A program made the translations under genes and the position numbers. Shown here piece after piece: positions 9,532 to 19,952 of a stretch of 64,000 bases of DNA; positions within the stretch are counted from its first letter, which is position 1; each line of letters starts with the position of its first letter. The notes below the pieces were generated by a model, which searched no databases, was not told where the DNA came from, and was given only the letters and a program-made list of their open reading frames with translations. Origin of the DNA: Bacteroidales bacterium (GTDB taxonomy: Bacteria; Bacteroidota; Bacteroidia; Bacteroidales; VadinHA17); NCBI GenBank assembly GCA_041686075.1, contig JAWLEO010000012.1, positions 9,659 through 73,658 of the forward strand, written 5' to 3'.

Positions 9532-10989
9532 TTATTTGGAAACATACCAGGTATTCTGAATCAGCTGGTCATTAGCTTCCATTTCCCTGAAGGGTATTGG
9601 AAGTATAAGGTTACCTGCATCATATGGAAGGCCCTCATCTATATCCTCCTGCCATCTTTTCAGGTCGTGCAGCCTGTGGCCTTCCCAGCAGAGTTCCCAG
9701 TACCTTTCCTGGCGTATCTGGTCCTGTGTTATCGGGCCCGTTAAAGCAGGAGCTTCTGCCCTGTCCCTTATAATATTAATATCCTGTATGGGGCTATTGG
9801 GCCCTACCAGCGGTCCTGTTGATTCAAAATTAGCCTCAGCCCTTACGAGGTACATCTCGGCAAGCCTGATAAGCGGGATATTTGCATAATAATCGCCCCA
9901 TTTTGCTGTATTGATACCACCGTTATTAAGTATGGTGCCCACACCGTAATAATACATCTTGTAAATATCAGCGATAGTGTAGCTGTCATCCATCTCGGTC
10001 TCATCCTGGTACATGCCCCTCAGATCAGCAGGGTCAAAGGTAGCAAGGAATTCCGGCTGTATATCATAGTCGCCCCTTCCCATGCCGTTGAGTGAAGCAT
10101 ACATAACTGTGAGCCATTCGGTATTGCTGGCAACATTATTCTGAAGGGCAAAAATATCCTCGCTGGATGCAGAATTGTTATTAAATGCATCCAGGGGAGT
10201 GGCAGTCAGTGAATAATAGTCTGACTCTATTACCCTGTTGGCCTCTGTTGCAGCATTGGTATAATCGCTCATCTGGAGGTAGATCCTGGCAAGGACAGCG
10301 CTTGCAGCATAGGTGGTGGCATATACATCATTTGTTTCAGGCAATAAATTCCTTGCATCTGTAAGGTCATTCAGTGCCTGGGTATAACATTCTTCCACCG
10401 TATTCCTTGTCACTTCCACCGCGTCACTAACATCCTTGGTTGGACTTGTAATAATGGGCACTCCCAGCTGGTCATTTGTCTGACCCGGCTCGTAGGGCAG
10501 GCCGAATAGCCTTGTCATCTCAAAGATAACCCATCCTCTGAGGAACTTGGCTTCACCCTCTATCTGTTGTGCATCTTCCGCATCAAGTATGTCCAGTGTT
10601 TCAGGATCAATGAGGGTATTGCAAAGGTTAATAAGATCATATGCCGCAATCCATGTACCTTCAACATATGAATTGGTAACAGCTATCTCCTTGTTGATTA
10701 TTTCACGGGGCTGCTCATAGGTCCCGAGGAACCTCATGTCTTCAGTAGCAGCTAGAAGTTCACTGTATTCGTTGAATGTACTTCCAAAGATATCGGCATC
10801 GCGTGCCTGTAAATATGCTCCCACAAGAGTTGCCTGGATATTCTCAGGTGTTGTAAGAGCAGTGCTTGCATCAATTGATTGCTTGGGTTTAAGATCCAGT
10901 TTCTCATCACACGATGAGCTCAAGATCATTACCGGAATGATAAGCAAGTATAATGCCCTGTTAAATATTTTATTTTTCATGATATTCAT
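9532..10989 (-). CDS. SusD/RagB-family nutrient-binding outer-membrane lipoprotein
   Basis: 485 aa with a lipoprotein signal (LSSSCDE). It shows TPR-like SusD motifs (AYLQARD, RLAEMYLVRAEA, ERYWELCWEGHRLHDLKRW) and sits directly downstream of SusC. The start may be the second ATG at 10980. Confidence 0.9.
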   Translation of the reverse strand: MNIMKNKIFNRALYLLIIPVMILSSSCDEKLDLKPKQSIDASTALTTPENIQATLVGAYLQARDADIFGSTFNEYSELLAATEDMRFLGTYEQPREIINKEIAVTNSYVEGTWIAAYDLINLCNTLIDPETLDILDAEDAQQIEGEAKFLRGWVIFEMTRLFGLPYEPGQTNDQLGVPIITSPTKDVSDAVEVTRNTVEECYTQALNDLTDARNLLPETNDVYATTYAASAVLARIYLQMSDYTNAATEANRVIESDYYSLTATPLDAFNNNSASSEDIFALQNNVASNTEWLTVMYASLNGMGRGDYDIQPEFLATFDPADLRGMYQDETEMDDSYTIADIYKMYYYGVGTILNNGGINTAKWGDYYANIPLIRLAEMYLVRAEANFESTGPLVGPNSPIQDINIIRDRAEAPALTGPITQDQIRQERYWELCWEGHRLHDLKRWQEDIDEGLPYDAGNLILPIPFREMEANDQLIQNTWYVSK

Positions 10990-11000
10990 AGTTTGCTATT

Positions 11001-14000
11001 TTAGAAAGTAAGATTTATACCGAGAGAATAGGTTCTTGCCTGCGGTGCTGTATAAAAATCATAACCCTGTATGATATTCTGGGTCTGGGTTGATCTGCTC
11101 GTTCCCACCCAGTTTACTTCAGGATCCCATCCTTCATAATTAGTAAAGGTATACAGGTTCTGCACACCAATAAATATCCTGGCGCTTTGCATCTTTATGC
11201 GGGTAAGGATATTGTCGGGCAGATTAAAGCCAAGGGTAACATTCCTGACCCTGACGTATGAACCGTCAGTAAGGTAACGGTCTGAATCACGTGTACCGTT
11301 TACATAACCCAGCCGTGCCTGCGGCACATCTGTTATATCGCCGGGTTCCTGCCACCTGTTCATCTGGTCAACTGTCTGGTTATCAAACCAGGCTGCATTA
11401 GCCGACTGGTATATTCCACCGCCGTTATAGATTTCATTACCATAAACGAAGCTAAGGAGTACATCAAGGTCAAAGCCCTTATATTCAAAGTGGTTGGAAA
11501 GTCCTCCGGTAAAGTCAGGGTTAGGAGAACCCACAACCATAGGCGTTGCAAGGTTATAGTTATTGGTTGTCTCTTCACTTCCTTCCTCAACATAATAAAG
11601 AGCATCACCGTTATCAGGATCAACACCTGCATATTTGCGCATTTTCCATACGCCTATAGGCTGTTCTTCCATTACATAATTCAAGCCGTTCGGAGTGATC
11701 TCGGGTCCGTCAATATCCTTTACTTTATTCCTGTTGAAAGCTATATTGAAATCTGTTGTCCACCTGAATGATCCAACCAGGTTATTTGAGTGAACAGCAA
11801 ATTCAACACCCTTGTTTTCCAGTGCTCCTACATTGCTCCATACGCCTGTAAAACCAGAAGTGGCAGGCAGGGTACGGTAAAGCAATAGGTCTGTTGTTTG
11901 CTTGTTATAATAATCAATCTCACCTGTAACTCTGTTCTCAAAGAAACCGAAGTCGATACCCACATTGAACTGCGCCGTTGTTTCCCAGCCCAGTTCACTG
12001 CTTGCTAGCTGTGTAGCCTGAAGACCATTACGGCCGGCATAATTGACACCTGAATACAAGGCAAGATGGGCATAATCAGGAATACCCGAGTTACCTGTTA
12101 ATCCATAGCTTGCCCTCAATTTAAAATAGCTGAGGATATTTTCAATACCATCCATAAAGCTTTCTTCAGATACAATCCATCCCAGTGAGCCTGCGGGGAA
12201 GAAACCGTACCTGTTATCAACACCAAACCTTGATGATCCGTCAACTCGGCCGCTCAGGGTAAGAAGGTACCTGTTATTATACTGGTAGTTTGTTCTTCCA
12301 AAGTACGACAGGTAAGTAGTTCCCTCTTCCCAGCTGCTGAAATATGTTGCTTCAGCCGCATTTGCAATGTTCTGGAAGTCATCGGTCGGAAAGCCTTTAC
12401 CTATGATATTTGATCCTGTAGTCATAGATTCCTGGTAGGATATACCGCCCACAATGTTAAGATCATGGGCATTGCGGATCATATTATAGGTCAAATAGTT
12501 ATCCCAATTATAATTAACTACTCTTACAGACCTGTTCTGTGCTTCACCTGCCGGCCCTGCACCAATTGTTTCACGTCCCCAGAAGTTCTTTTCCCTGAGA
12601 TCAATGATGTCGGTACCGAAATCTGATCTGAAAGTAAGTCCTTTCAGTATCTCATATGTGCCATATACATTGCCCAGCGTCCTGAATGATATATGTTTAT
12701 TATATGAATCACGAAGTGAAATAAGTCCGTTATAATAAACTGTTTCTTTATTCAGTTCACCGGTATCCGGATCATACACGGGAGTCACCGGGGCCTGGGC
12801 AACAAGCTGGAGAGGAGTGGCAAATGCATTGTCATTTTCCACCCTGTCCATCTCGGTTCTCATCAGGCTTAAATTGACGCCATAAGTAAATTTGTCACCT
12901 GATTTATGATCAAGGCTGACCCTTCCGTTAAATTTGTTCATGTCATTATTTTTTAATATCCCGACAGTATTATCATAACTCATGCCGGCATAAAAGCTGC
13001 CATTTTCGGATCCACCGCTTGCACTCAGGTTAACCCTGTTGATAGAACCCTGCTGGAAAGCCTGGCTCTGCCAGTCGGTATCCCAGCCCTGGTCCCACTC
13101 ATCACTAACATATATTTCCCAGATATCTTCCTTGGGTAACCAGCCCCATACAAGACCACCCACAGAAACATTATCCATTGCTTCATTAAACAGTTCAAGG
13201 TACTGGTCGGCATTCAGCCATTCACGAAGGCGGCTTGGTTCACTTATACCTGTAGTATAGGTAACATTGAACCTGGTATCACCAGCCTGGCCGCTCTTAG
13301 TGGTAATAACCACAACACCATTAGATGCTCTTGATCCGTAAATTGCAGCTGCAGATGCGTCTTTGAGTATCTGTATGGATTCCACATCAGCCATATTGAT
13401 ATCAGCCAGGGGGTTTGTTGGTTGGTTCCCGCTGTTACTCAAGTTAACTGATGTTACGGGTACACCGTCGATGACATATAATGGCTGGTTATTTGCTGAA
13501 ATAGATGATGAACCCCTTATCCTCATTTTTACGACCTCGCCCAGTTTACCACTGGCCTGCTCAATGAAAACACCTGCTGTCTTTCCCTGAATAGCCGATT
13601 CAAAACTTACGGTAGGAGTCTCTGCCAGTCCTTCAGTTTCAACCTTGGTAATAGACCCACTGAGCTCTCTCTTAATAGCCGAGCCATAACCGGTAACAAT
13701 CACTTCATCAAGACCTATATTGTCGACTTCCATCACAACATTATAGACATCCTCAGAACCAACTGTTACTTCCTTGGTCTTCATACCAACGAAACGGAAA
13801 ACGAGAACATCACCCTCGCTTGCGGAAATGGAATATTGTCCATCAAGGTCGGAGGTAACACCCGTAGTTGTTCCTTCGATATGCACTGTTGCTCCTACAA
13901 TGGTAGTGCCATCTTCAGCAGCAGTGATCGTTCCAGTTACTGTCTTCTCCTGCGCAAAAGCCATTAGCCCGACACCGCAGAGGAAAACCACAAATAATAC

Positions 14001-14012
14001 AAATTTTCTCAT
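11001..14012 (-). CDS. SusC/RagA-family TonB-dependent outer-membrane transporter
   Basis: 1003 aa. The order is signal peptide, CarboxypepD_reg-like domain (VTGTITAAEDGTTIVGATV), plug (IQILKDASAAAIYGSRASNGVVVITTK) and a barrel ending in the terminal F. Confidence 0.92.
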   Translation of the reverse strand: MRKFVLFVVFLCGVGLMAFAQEKTVTGTITAAEDGTTIVGATVHIEGTTTGVTSDLDGQYSISASEGDVLVFRFVGMKTKEVTVGSEDVYNVVMEVDNIGLDEVIVTGYGSAIKRELSGSITKVETEGLAETPTVSFESAIQGKTAGVFIEQASGKLGEVVKMRIRGSSSISANNQPLYVIDGVPVTSVNLSNSGNQPTNPLADINMADVESIQILKDASAAAIYGSRASNGVVVITTKSGQAGDTRFNVTYTTGISEPSRLREWLNADQYLELFNEAMDNVSVGGLVWGWLPKEDIWEIYVSDEWDQGWDTDWQSQAFQQGSINRVNLSASGGSENGSFYAGMSYDNTVGILKNNDMNKFNGRVSLDHKSGDKFTYGVNLSLMRTEMDRVENDNAFATPLQLVAQAPVTPVYDPDTGELNKETVYYNGLISLRDSYNKHISFRTLGNVYGTYEILKGLTFRSDFGTDIIDLREKNFWGRETIGAGPAGEAQNRSVRVVNYNWDNYLTYNMIRNAHDLNIVGGISYQESMTTGSNIIGKGFPTDDFQNIANAAEATYFSSWEEGTTYLSYFGRTNYQYNNRYLLTLSGRVDGSSRFGVDNRYGFFPAGSLGWIVSEESFMDGIENILSYFKLRASYGLTGNSGIPDYAHLALYSGVNYAGRNGLQATQLASSELGWETTAQFNVGIDFGFFENRVTGEIDYYNKQTTDLLLYRTLPATSGFTGVWSNVGALENKGVEFAVHSNNLVGSFRWTTDFNIAFNRNKVKDIDGPEITPNGLNYVMEEQPIGVWKMRKYAGVDPDNGDALYYVEEGSEETTNNYNLATPMVVGSPNPDFTGGLSNHFEYKGFDLDVLLSFVYGNEIYNGGGIYQSANAAWFDNQTVDQMNRWQEPGDITDVPQARLGYVNGTRDSDRYLTDGSYVRVRNVTLGFNLPDNILTRIKMQSARIFIGVQNLYTFTNYEGWDPEVNWVGTSRSTQTQNIIQGYDFYTAPQARTYSLGINLTF

Positions 14013-14213
14013 AGATAGAATATTTAGTTTAAGTAAATAAAAATATTATTTCATGCTAAGCATTCATATCACCCAGCATAAATAAAAAAGACGCGCAATA
14101 TATAAAATAATTGCATCGCTGATAACAGTCCACTAAAATAATTTATCGATTTATGATTGGATATTCTTCCTTGAGCCCTAATCTCTAATATTTTGTAATC
14201 ACGGCCGGTATTT

Positions 14214-15911
14214 TTAAAAAATTAAAATCTTCCTCCTGGCAATAAAACCATCAGCATAGCGGACTTCGACAATATAGAAGCCCTTTTCGAATCCACCAGT
14301 GTTAATTGTGATCTGCTCAGGTGGATTTTTGAATTCTCCGACCACGATACCTGATTGGGAATAGATACGTAAATGATCGATAAGAAATTCATTGTCAGTA
14401 ATAATATTTATAATTCCGGAAGCAGGATTAGGGTATATTTTAAATTCATGAGTGATGTTATCATTTGCAGGTGAGCTTGCCGCACCTGTATATTTTGCTA
14501 CGGTCATAACAACATCCCTTTCGATGTGATTTCCATATTTATCTGTTACAAAGAATGTTAATGTGTCTTCTCCAATATCTTCTTCTGTAAATGCCCTTCC
14601 TGCTATTATACTGTCATTTCGTAGATAATAATCACTAAGCCATTTATCATTAATATATGCAGAATCGCTTAATAGTATTATTTCATAATGATTGTCATAG
14701 GCTTCATCAACAACTTCTATTTGGCTAATAAATGATCCGGCAGGTATACCTGTGGGAACTAATGTATCATTGACAATTACATCAGTCGGGTAATAATAAG
14801 GTTGTATTTTTAAAACAGCTCTGTTATTTTTAGAATAGTCACGGTTTCCCGGCCTGAGGTCGTTAATCAGGTAATAACCATTGCGATTGCCACCCCATCC
14901 CCAATTGACATGGAAATAATTCAACCCTTTTGATCCTTCTCCATTTACACCATCGATGTTGAAGGCATGACCAGCATTTCCATCATCTGCATTACCGCTA
15001 TATATAATTGGTCGGCCTAAGGCCAAATTATTAATAATGATCTCTTCCCATTCATCTTCTTCAGTGTTTGACTTGTACGGGTAAATACATCTTTTTGACA
15101 TATTGAAATACCTCCCCAGGGCTGACCGACTAAGTTTAGTATTGGCAGAAGAGCCATCCGGGCCAAAGTTCATATTAACAGCCACAGCACAATGAAAAAG
15201 TAAAAGTGCATTATAATCATCAGGCTTATCAAGCGACATTGAATCCCACTTATAATTTGTCTCATTAAATTTTGCCTCAATTATTCCGTAATTCTCACAG
15301 TCATACTTATTAGTATACGTTCCCGTATCAGGAACCTGGTAAACACTTAGTGCCTGTGCCATGGCAACAGCCACACAGCCCACATAGGTATGGCCACCGG
15401 GGCCAAGGCTGTCTTCAGGACAGAACCTGTTCCATCCTGCCCCCTGGTTCCATAAGGTCTTTATCAGGGGTTCAACAACCACTGCTTCTGAATCTTTTCC
15501 CTTACTGCCGGGGGCATCACCAAGCCATCCTTCATGCACAGAAATTCCTTTCTCTTTACTTATCTCTTTTATCTGCTCAGAATACGAATATATCCACTCG
15601 TGACAGGCAATATTTTCCCCTGGATCGAACTTCGTAAAACGTCTATCATAATTGAAAGCTAATACAGGTATGACCTTCTTGTCTGCTGATACAAGAACCC
15701 ACCCCCCCTCTTTAAGATTCACAACAAATATGACCGGCTCCTTATCATATAATAGTGTGTCTATACTTATTATTTCTTTTGCACCGTCAGGGAAATAAAC
15801 ATTCATATGATCCTGAGTAATTCTGCAGACAAGTTCTTCCTCAGGTAACTGTGCTATCAAGCTTACAAAGAAGCATTGGTATAATATCAGAAATTTAACT
15901 TTGAGCTTCAA
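14214..15911 (-). CDS. C10 (streptopain-like) cysteine peptidase with T9SS C-terminal sorting domain
   Basis: Catalytic Cys context GCVAVAMAQAL, His context GHAFNIDG, and WGWGG. The C-terminus KIYPNPASGIINI...FYIVEVRY...RRKILIF is a Por-type secretion tail. The only in-frame start for the signal peptide is TTG at 15911. Confidence 0.85.
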   Translation of the reverse strand: MKLKVKFLILYQCFFVSLIAQLPEEELVCRITQDHMNVYFPDGAKEIISIDTLLYDKEPVIFVVNLKEGGWVLVSADKKVIPVLAFNYDRRFTKFDPGENIACHEWIYSYSEQIKEISKEKGISVHEGWLGDAPGSKGKDSEAVVVEPLIKTLWNQGAGWNRFCPEDSLGPGGHTYVGCVAVAMAQALSVYQVPDTGTYTNKYDCENYGIIEAKFNETNYKWDSMSLDKPDDYNALLLFHCAVAVNMNFGPDGSSANTKLSRSALGRYFNMSKRCIYPYKSNTEEDEWEEIIINNLALGRPIIYSGNADDGNAGHAFNIDGVNGEGSKGLNYFHVNWGWGGNRNGYYLINDLRPGNRDYSKNNRAVLKIQPYYYPTDVIVNDTLVPTGIPAGSFISQIEVVDEAYDNHYEIILLSDSAYINDKWLSDYYLRNDSIIAGRAFTEEDIGEDTLTFFVTDKYGNHIERDVVMTVAKYTGAASSPANDNITHEFKIYPNPASGIINIITDNEFLIDHLRIYSQSGIVVGEFKNPPEQITINTGGFEKGFYIVEVRYADGFIARRKILIF

Positions 15912-16038
15912 CCGGGTATACTTTAATAAATCACATATAGCATAAATAAAAATTATTTATCCACAAAACATTACTAACATAATAAAAATTTGTTAATTAA
16001 TCATGCTTTTCCTTTCCTGCTTCAAAATGATTTTTGCT

Positions 16039-16046
16039 TACTTTTG
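16039..16046 (+). promoter_or_regulatory. -7 promoter box (TActTTTG) for dnaE
   Basis: Matches TAnnTTTG, 55 nt upstream of the ATG at 16101. Confidence 0.45.
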
Positions 16047-16100
16047 TAAATTTGAACCCAGCCGGGTAATAATTGGATTGTAAACTGTAACTGCCTTATA

Positions 16101-19100
16101 ATGAGTAATTTCGTGCATCTACATCTTCACACTCAATATTCAATACTTGATGGTGCATCAAAAATTAGTGAACTTATGGAGATGGCCTCCGAGTTGAATA
16201 TGCCCGCGGTGGCTATAACAGATCACGGAAATATGTTTGGCGTTAAAGAATTTCATAATGCCGCAAAAGAAAAAGGCATTAAACCCATTATAGGGGTTGA
16301 GGCCTATGTGGCCAGGAGGGGTATGTCGGAGAGCACAAGCAAAGATGATCGTTCGGGTGATCACCTCATACTGCTGGCCAAGAATTACAAGGGCTACAGG
16401 AACCTGGTGAAAGTGGTATCACTGTCCTGGACCGAGGGTTTTTATTATAAGCCCAGGATTGACAAGGATCTTCTCAAGCAGTACAATGAGGGCCTCATTG
16501 CCACATCTGCATGTATAGCGGGCGAAATACCATCAGCAATACTTAATGGTGACAGGGATTATGCTGAAAATGTCATCAGGGAATACAAAGATATATTCGG
16601 CGATGACTTTTACCTCGAGATACAAAGGCATAAAACAGGTGATCCCGTTTATGATAATGACACTCTGGCAAGGCAAAATATAGTCATAGAGGCATATAAG
16701 GAACTATCGGAGAAAACAGGCATAAAAATAATCGCTTCCAATGATGTGCATTTTTTGAAGGCAGAAGATGCAGAAGCTCATGACCGGCTTATATGCCTGA
16801 ACACAGGCAAGGAACTTGATGACCCTGACAGGCTGAGATATACTAAACAGGAATATTTTAAAACCGAGGAAGAGATGAGAGAGCTCTTTCCCGACTGTCC
16901 TCAAGCAATAGATAACACCCTTGAAATTGCAAATAAGGTAGAGAGCTACGATCTGGATCACGAGCCTATTATGCCAGAATTTCCAATCCCTGAAGAATTC
17001 GAGAACAAGGATGAGTACCTCAGGTATCTCACTTACAGGGGTGCAGAAGAAAGATGGGCTGAGCTGAATGACGAACTAAAAGAAAGGCTGGATTTTGAAC
17101 TCGACACCATAAAGAAAATGGGTTACCCCGGTTATTTCCTCATTGTACAGGATTTTTTGAGAGCAGCCAGGGAAATGGGCGTCTCGGTGGGTCCGGGAAG
17201 GGGTTCGGCAGCAGGCTCAGCAGTGGCATATGCACTTAGAATCACAGATATTGATCCCATAAAATATAAATTGCTTTTTGAGCGTTTCCTGAACCCCGAC
17301 CGGATATCAATGCCTGATATAGATATTGACTTCGACGAAGATGGTAGGGACCAGGTCCTAAGGTATGTCGTAGATAAATATGGGCATGACAGGGTAGCTC
17401 AAATAATTACCTTTGGCACCATGGCTGCCAAGATGGCTATACGAGATGTTGCAAGGGTACAAAACCTGCAGCTCTCAGATGCTGACAGACTCGCCAAGCT
17501 TATACCCGAAAGGCCGGGTATCACGTTCAAGGAAGCCTATGAAGAAGTGCCCGAACTAAGGAAGGAAAAACATTCAGATAATGAGCTTATTGCACGGACA
17601 TTGCAGTATGCTGAGGCTCTTGAGGGATCAGTGCGACAAACAGGTATCCACGCATGTGGTATAATAATAGGCCGGGACCCTTTGAATGAACACATACCAC
17701 TCTGCGTGGCCAAAGACACCAACCTCTATGTTACCCAGTATGACGGTAATCATGTGGAATCGGTGGGCTTGCTAAAAATGGACTTCCTGGGTCTTAAGAC
17801 GCTGTCAATAATAAGGGATGCCATTAATAATATCAAAGCATCCAGGGGCACAGATCTCGATATTTCAAGTATCCCCCTTGATGATGCTAAAACATTTGAA
17901 TTGTATTCCAATGGTGAAACCACTGCTCTCTTCCAGTTTGAATCGGAAGGAATGAAGAAGCATCTCAGGGAACTAAAGCCCAACCGCTTTGAAGACCTTA
18001 TAGCTATGAATGCTCTCTATCGTCCCGGTCCAATGGAGTACATACCAAGATTTATTAAACGTAAGCATGGGCTTGAAAAAATAGACTATCCCCTGGCGGA
18101 GATGGAAACGCATCTCAAGGATACATATGGCATCACAGTATACCAGGAACAGGTTATGCTGCTGTCACAGGAGCTCGCGGGCTTTTCAAAGGGACAGGCT
18201 GATTCGTTGCGCAAAGCAATGGGTAAAAAGAAGAAAGAACTGATGGACCCCCTTAAGGTTAAATTCTTTGAAGGATGCAGGGCAAGGGGATATAAAGAAA
18301 AAATTATTGAGAGAATCTGGACTGACTGGGAATCATTTGCCCAGTATGCTTTTAACAAATCTCATTCAACCTGTTATGCATACGTTTCTTACCAGACAGC
18401 GTATCTTAAGTCCCACTACCCGGCAGAATTTATGGCCGCCGTTCTAAGCCGCAATATTAACGACATAAAAAAACTTACCATTTTTATGGACGAGGCCAGG
18501 AGAATGGGAATTGAAGTCCTTGGCCCTGACGTGAACGAGAGTAAGGTAAATTTCACCGTCAATAAAGATGGAAATATCAGGTTTGGTCTTGGTGCAATTA
18601 AAGGTGTGGGCACAAGTGCAGTTATAGGCCTCATAGAAGAAAGGGATAATAAGGGTTTGTTCTCATCTATTTACGACTTTATTGAAAGGGTAAACCTTAA
18701 TGCACTGAACAAGAAAAGCATTGAAGCAATGGCACTGGCCGGAGCTTTTGATTGCTTTAAAGAACTTAACAGGGCCCAGTACTTTGCAGAAGATAATAGA
18801 GGGCAGGTTTTTATAGAAAGCCTGGTGAGGTATGGCAGTATGCTGAAAACAGAGGCCAGCACAGCCCAACAATCCCTCTTTGGTGAAGACGATGGTTTTG
18901 AGGTTGTTAAACCAAGTCCTCCTGACACTCCTGAATGGCCCAAACTGGAAAAATTGTCCAGGGAAAAGGAAGTGGTCGGGATTTTTCTTTCAGCTCATCC
19001 ACTGGATGATTACAAACTGGAAATTAAAAGTTTCTGTAATACAAGTATTAGCGATTTAAACAGGCTGGATGAACTACTCAACAAAGAGGTAATAATGGCT

Positions 19101-19586
19101 GGGATGGTTACCGAAGCACGAAGTGGTACCAGCAAAAACGGGAAGCCTTTCGGTTCATTCACACTGCAGGATTATACTGACTCTTACAGGTTTATGCTCT
19201 TTGACAAAGATTATGTAAACAACAGCAAATACTGCACCCCCGGTTATTTCCTCCTCGTAAAAGGAAAGGTGCGGAAAAGGATGTACAGGGAAGATGAACT
19301 GGAAGTTAAAATACAGAGTATACACCTGCTCACAAGTGTAAAAGATGAACTGATAAGATCTTTCACTGTTATCATTCCACTGGACAGGCTGAATAATGAA
19401 CTGGTGCATAAACTGAAGGATCTGGCTGTCAGAAACAAAGGTAAAACTGAACTCAGGTTCCTGGTTGCAGATCCTATCGAAAAGATCAGCGTATCCTTAT
19501 TTTCAAGATCATTAAAGGTGGAACTAAATAATGATATTATAAGTTTTATTGAATCCGTTCCGGGTCTGGAATTTAAAGTAAATTAA
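16101..19586 (+). CDS. dnaE: DNA polymerase III alpha subunit
   Basis: 1161 aa. The PHP domain starts FVHLHLHTQYSILDGA, followed by a pol III alpha core (GRGSAAGS, PDIDIDF) and an OB fold. Confidence 0.97.
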   Translation: MSNFVHLHLHTQYSILDGASKISELMEMASELNMPAVAITDHGNMFGVKEFHNAAKEKGIKPIIGVEAYVARRGMSESTSKDDRSGDHLILLAKNYKGYRNLVKVVSLSWTEGFYYKPRIDKDLLKQYNEGLIATSACIAGEIPSAILNGDRDYAENVIREYKDIFGDDFYLEIQRHKTGDPVYDNDTLARQNIVIEAYKELSEKTGIKIIASNDVHFLKAEDAEAHDRLICLNTGKELDDPDRLRYTKQEYFKTEEEMRELFPDCPQAIDNTLEIANKVESYDLDHEPIMPEFPIPEEFENKDEYLRYLTYRGAEERWAELNDELKERLDFELDTIKKMGYPGYFLIVQDFLRAAREMGVSVGPGRGSAAGSAVAYALRITDIDPIKYKLLFERFLNPDRISMPDIDIDFDEDGRDQVLRYVVDKYGHDRVAQIITFGTMAAKMAIRDVARVQNLQLSDADRLAKLIPERPGITFKEAYEEVPELRKEKHSDNELIARTLQYAEALEGSVRQTGIHACGIIIGRDPLNEHIPLCVAKDTNLYVTQYDGNHVESVGLLKMDFLGLKTLSIIRDAINNIKASRGTDLDISSIPLDDAKTFELYSNGETTALFQFESEGMKKHLRELKPNRFEDLIAMNALYRPGPMEYIPRFIKRKHGLEKIDYPLAEMETHLKDTYGITVYQEQVMLLSQELAGFSKGQADSLRKAMGKKKKELMDPLKVKFFEGCRARGYKEKIIERIWTDWESFAQYAFNKSHSTCYAYVSYQTAYLKSHYPAEFMAAVLSRNINDIKKLTIFMDEARRMGIEVLGPDVNESKVNFTVNKDGNIRFGLGAIKGVGTSAVIGLIEERDNKGLFSSIYDFIERVNLNALNKKSIEAMALAGAFDCFKELNRAQYFAEDNRGQVFIESLVRYGSMLKTEASTAQQSLFGEDDGFEVVKPSPPDTPEWPKLEKLSREKEVVGIFLSAHPLDDYKLEIKSFCNTSISDLNRLDELLNKEVIMAGMVTEARSGTSKNGKPFGSFTLQDYTDSYRFMLFDKDYVNNSKYCTPGYFLLVKGKVRKRMYREDELEVKIQSIHLLTSVKDELIRSFTVIIPLDRLNNELVHKLKDLAVRNKGKTELRFLVADPIEKISVSLFSRSLKVELNNDIISFIESVPGLEFKVN

Positions 19587-19631
19587 TTATATTTGCCCCG
19601 CTATCGAGCAAAAATAAAAACACGATATACG

Positions 19632-19952
19632 ATGGATCTACATGTGAACGATTCAAATTTCGATGAGGTGGTACTGCAGGCAGATAAGCCCGTGGTAGTT
19701 GATTTCTGGGCTGAATGGTGCGGGCCATGCAGGATGATTGCACCCTTCATGGAAGAGATATCCAGGGAATATGAAGGCAGGGCACTTGTTGCTAAATGTG
19801 ATGTGGATGACAGCCCCGGCGTGTCGGCTAAGTTCGGAATACGTAATATACCCACGGTTTTGTTTTTCAAAAACGGGGAAGTAGCAAACAAGCAGGTTGG
19901 CGCCGTTCCCAAAGCCAATTTTGTAAGTAAGCTTGAAGCTCTTTTGGATTAA
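19632..19952 (+). CDS. trxA: Thioredoxin
   Basis: WCGPC active site. The track start at 19593 is a TTG extension, and the ATG at 19632 gives a normal ~106-aa thioredoxin. Confidence 0.9.
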   Translation: MDLHVNDSNFDEVVLQADKPVVVDFWAEWCGPCRMIAPFMEEISREYEGRALVAKCDVDDSPGVSAKFGIRNIPTVLFFKNGEVANKQVGAVPKANFVSKLEALLD

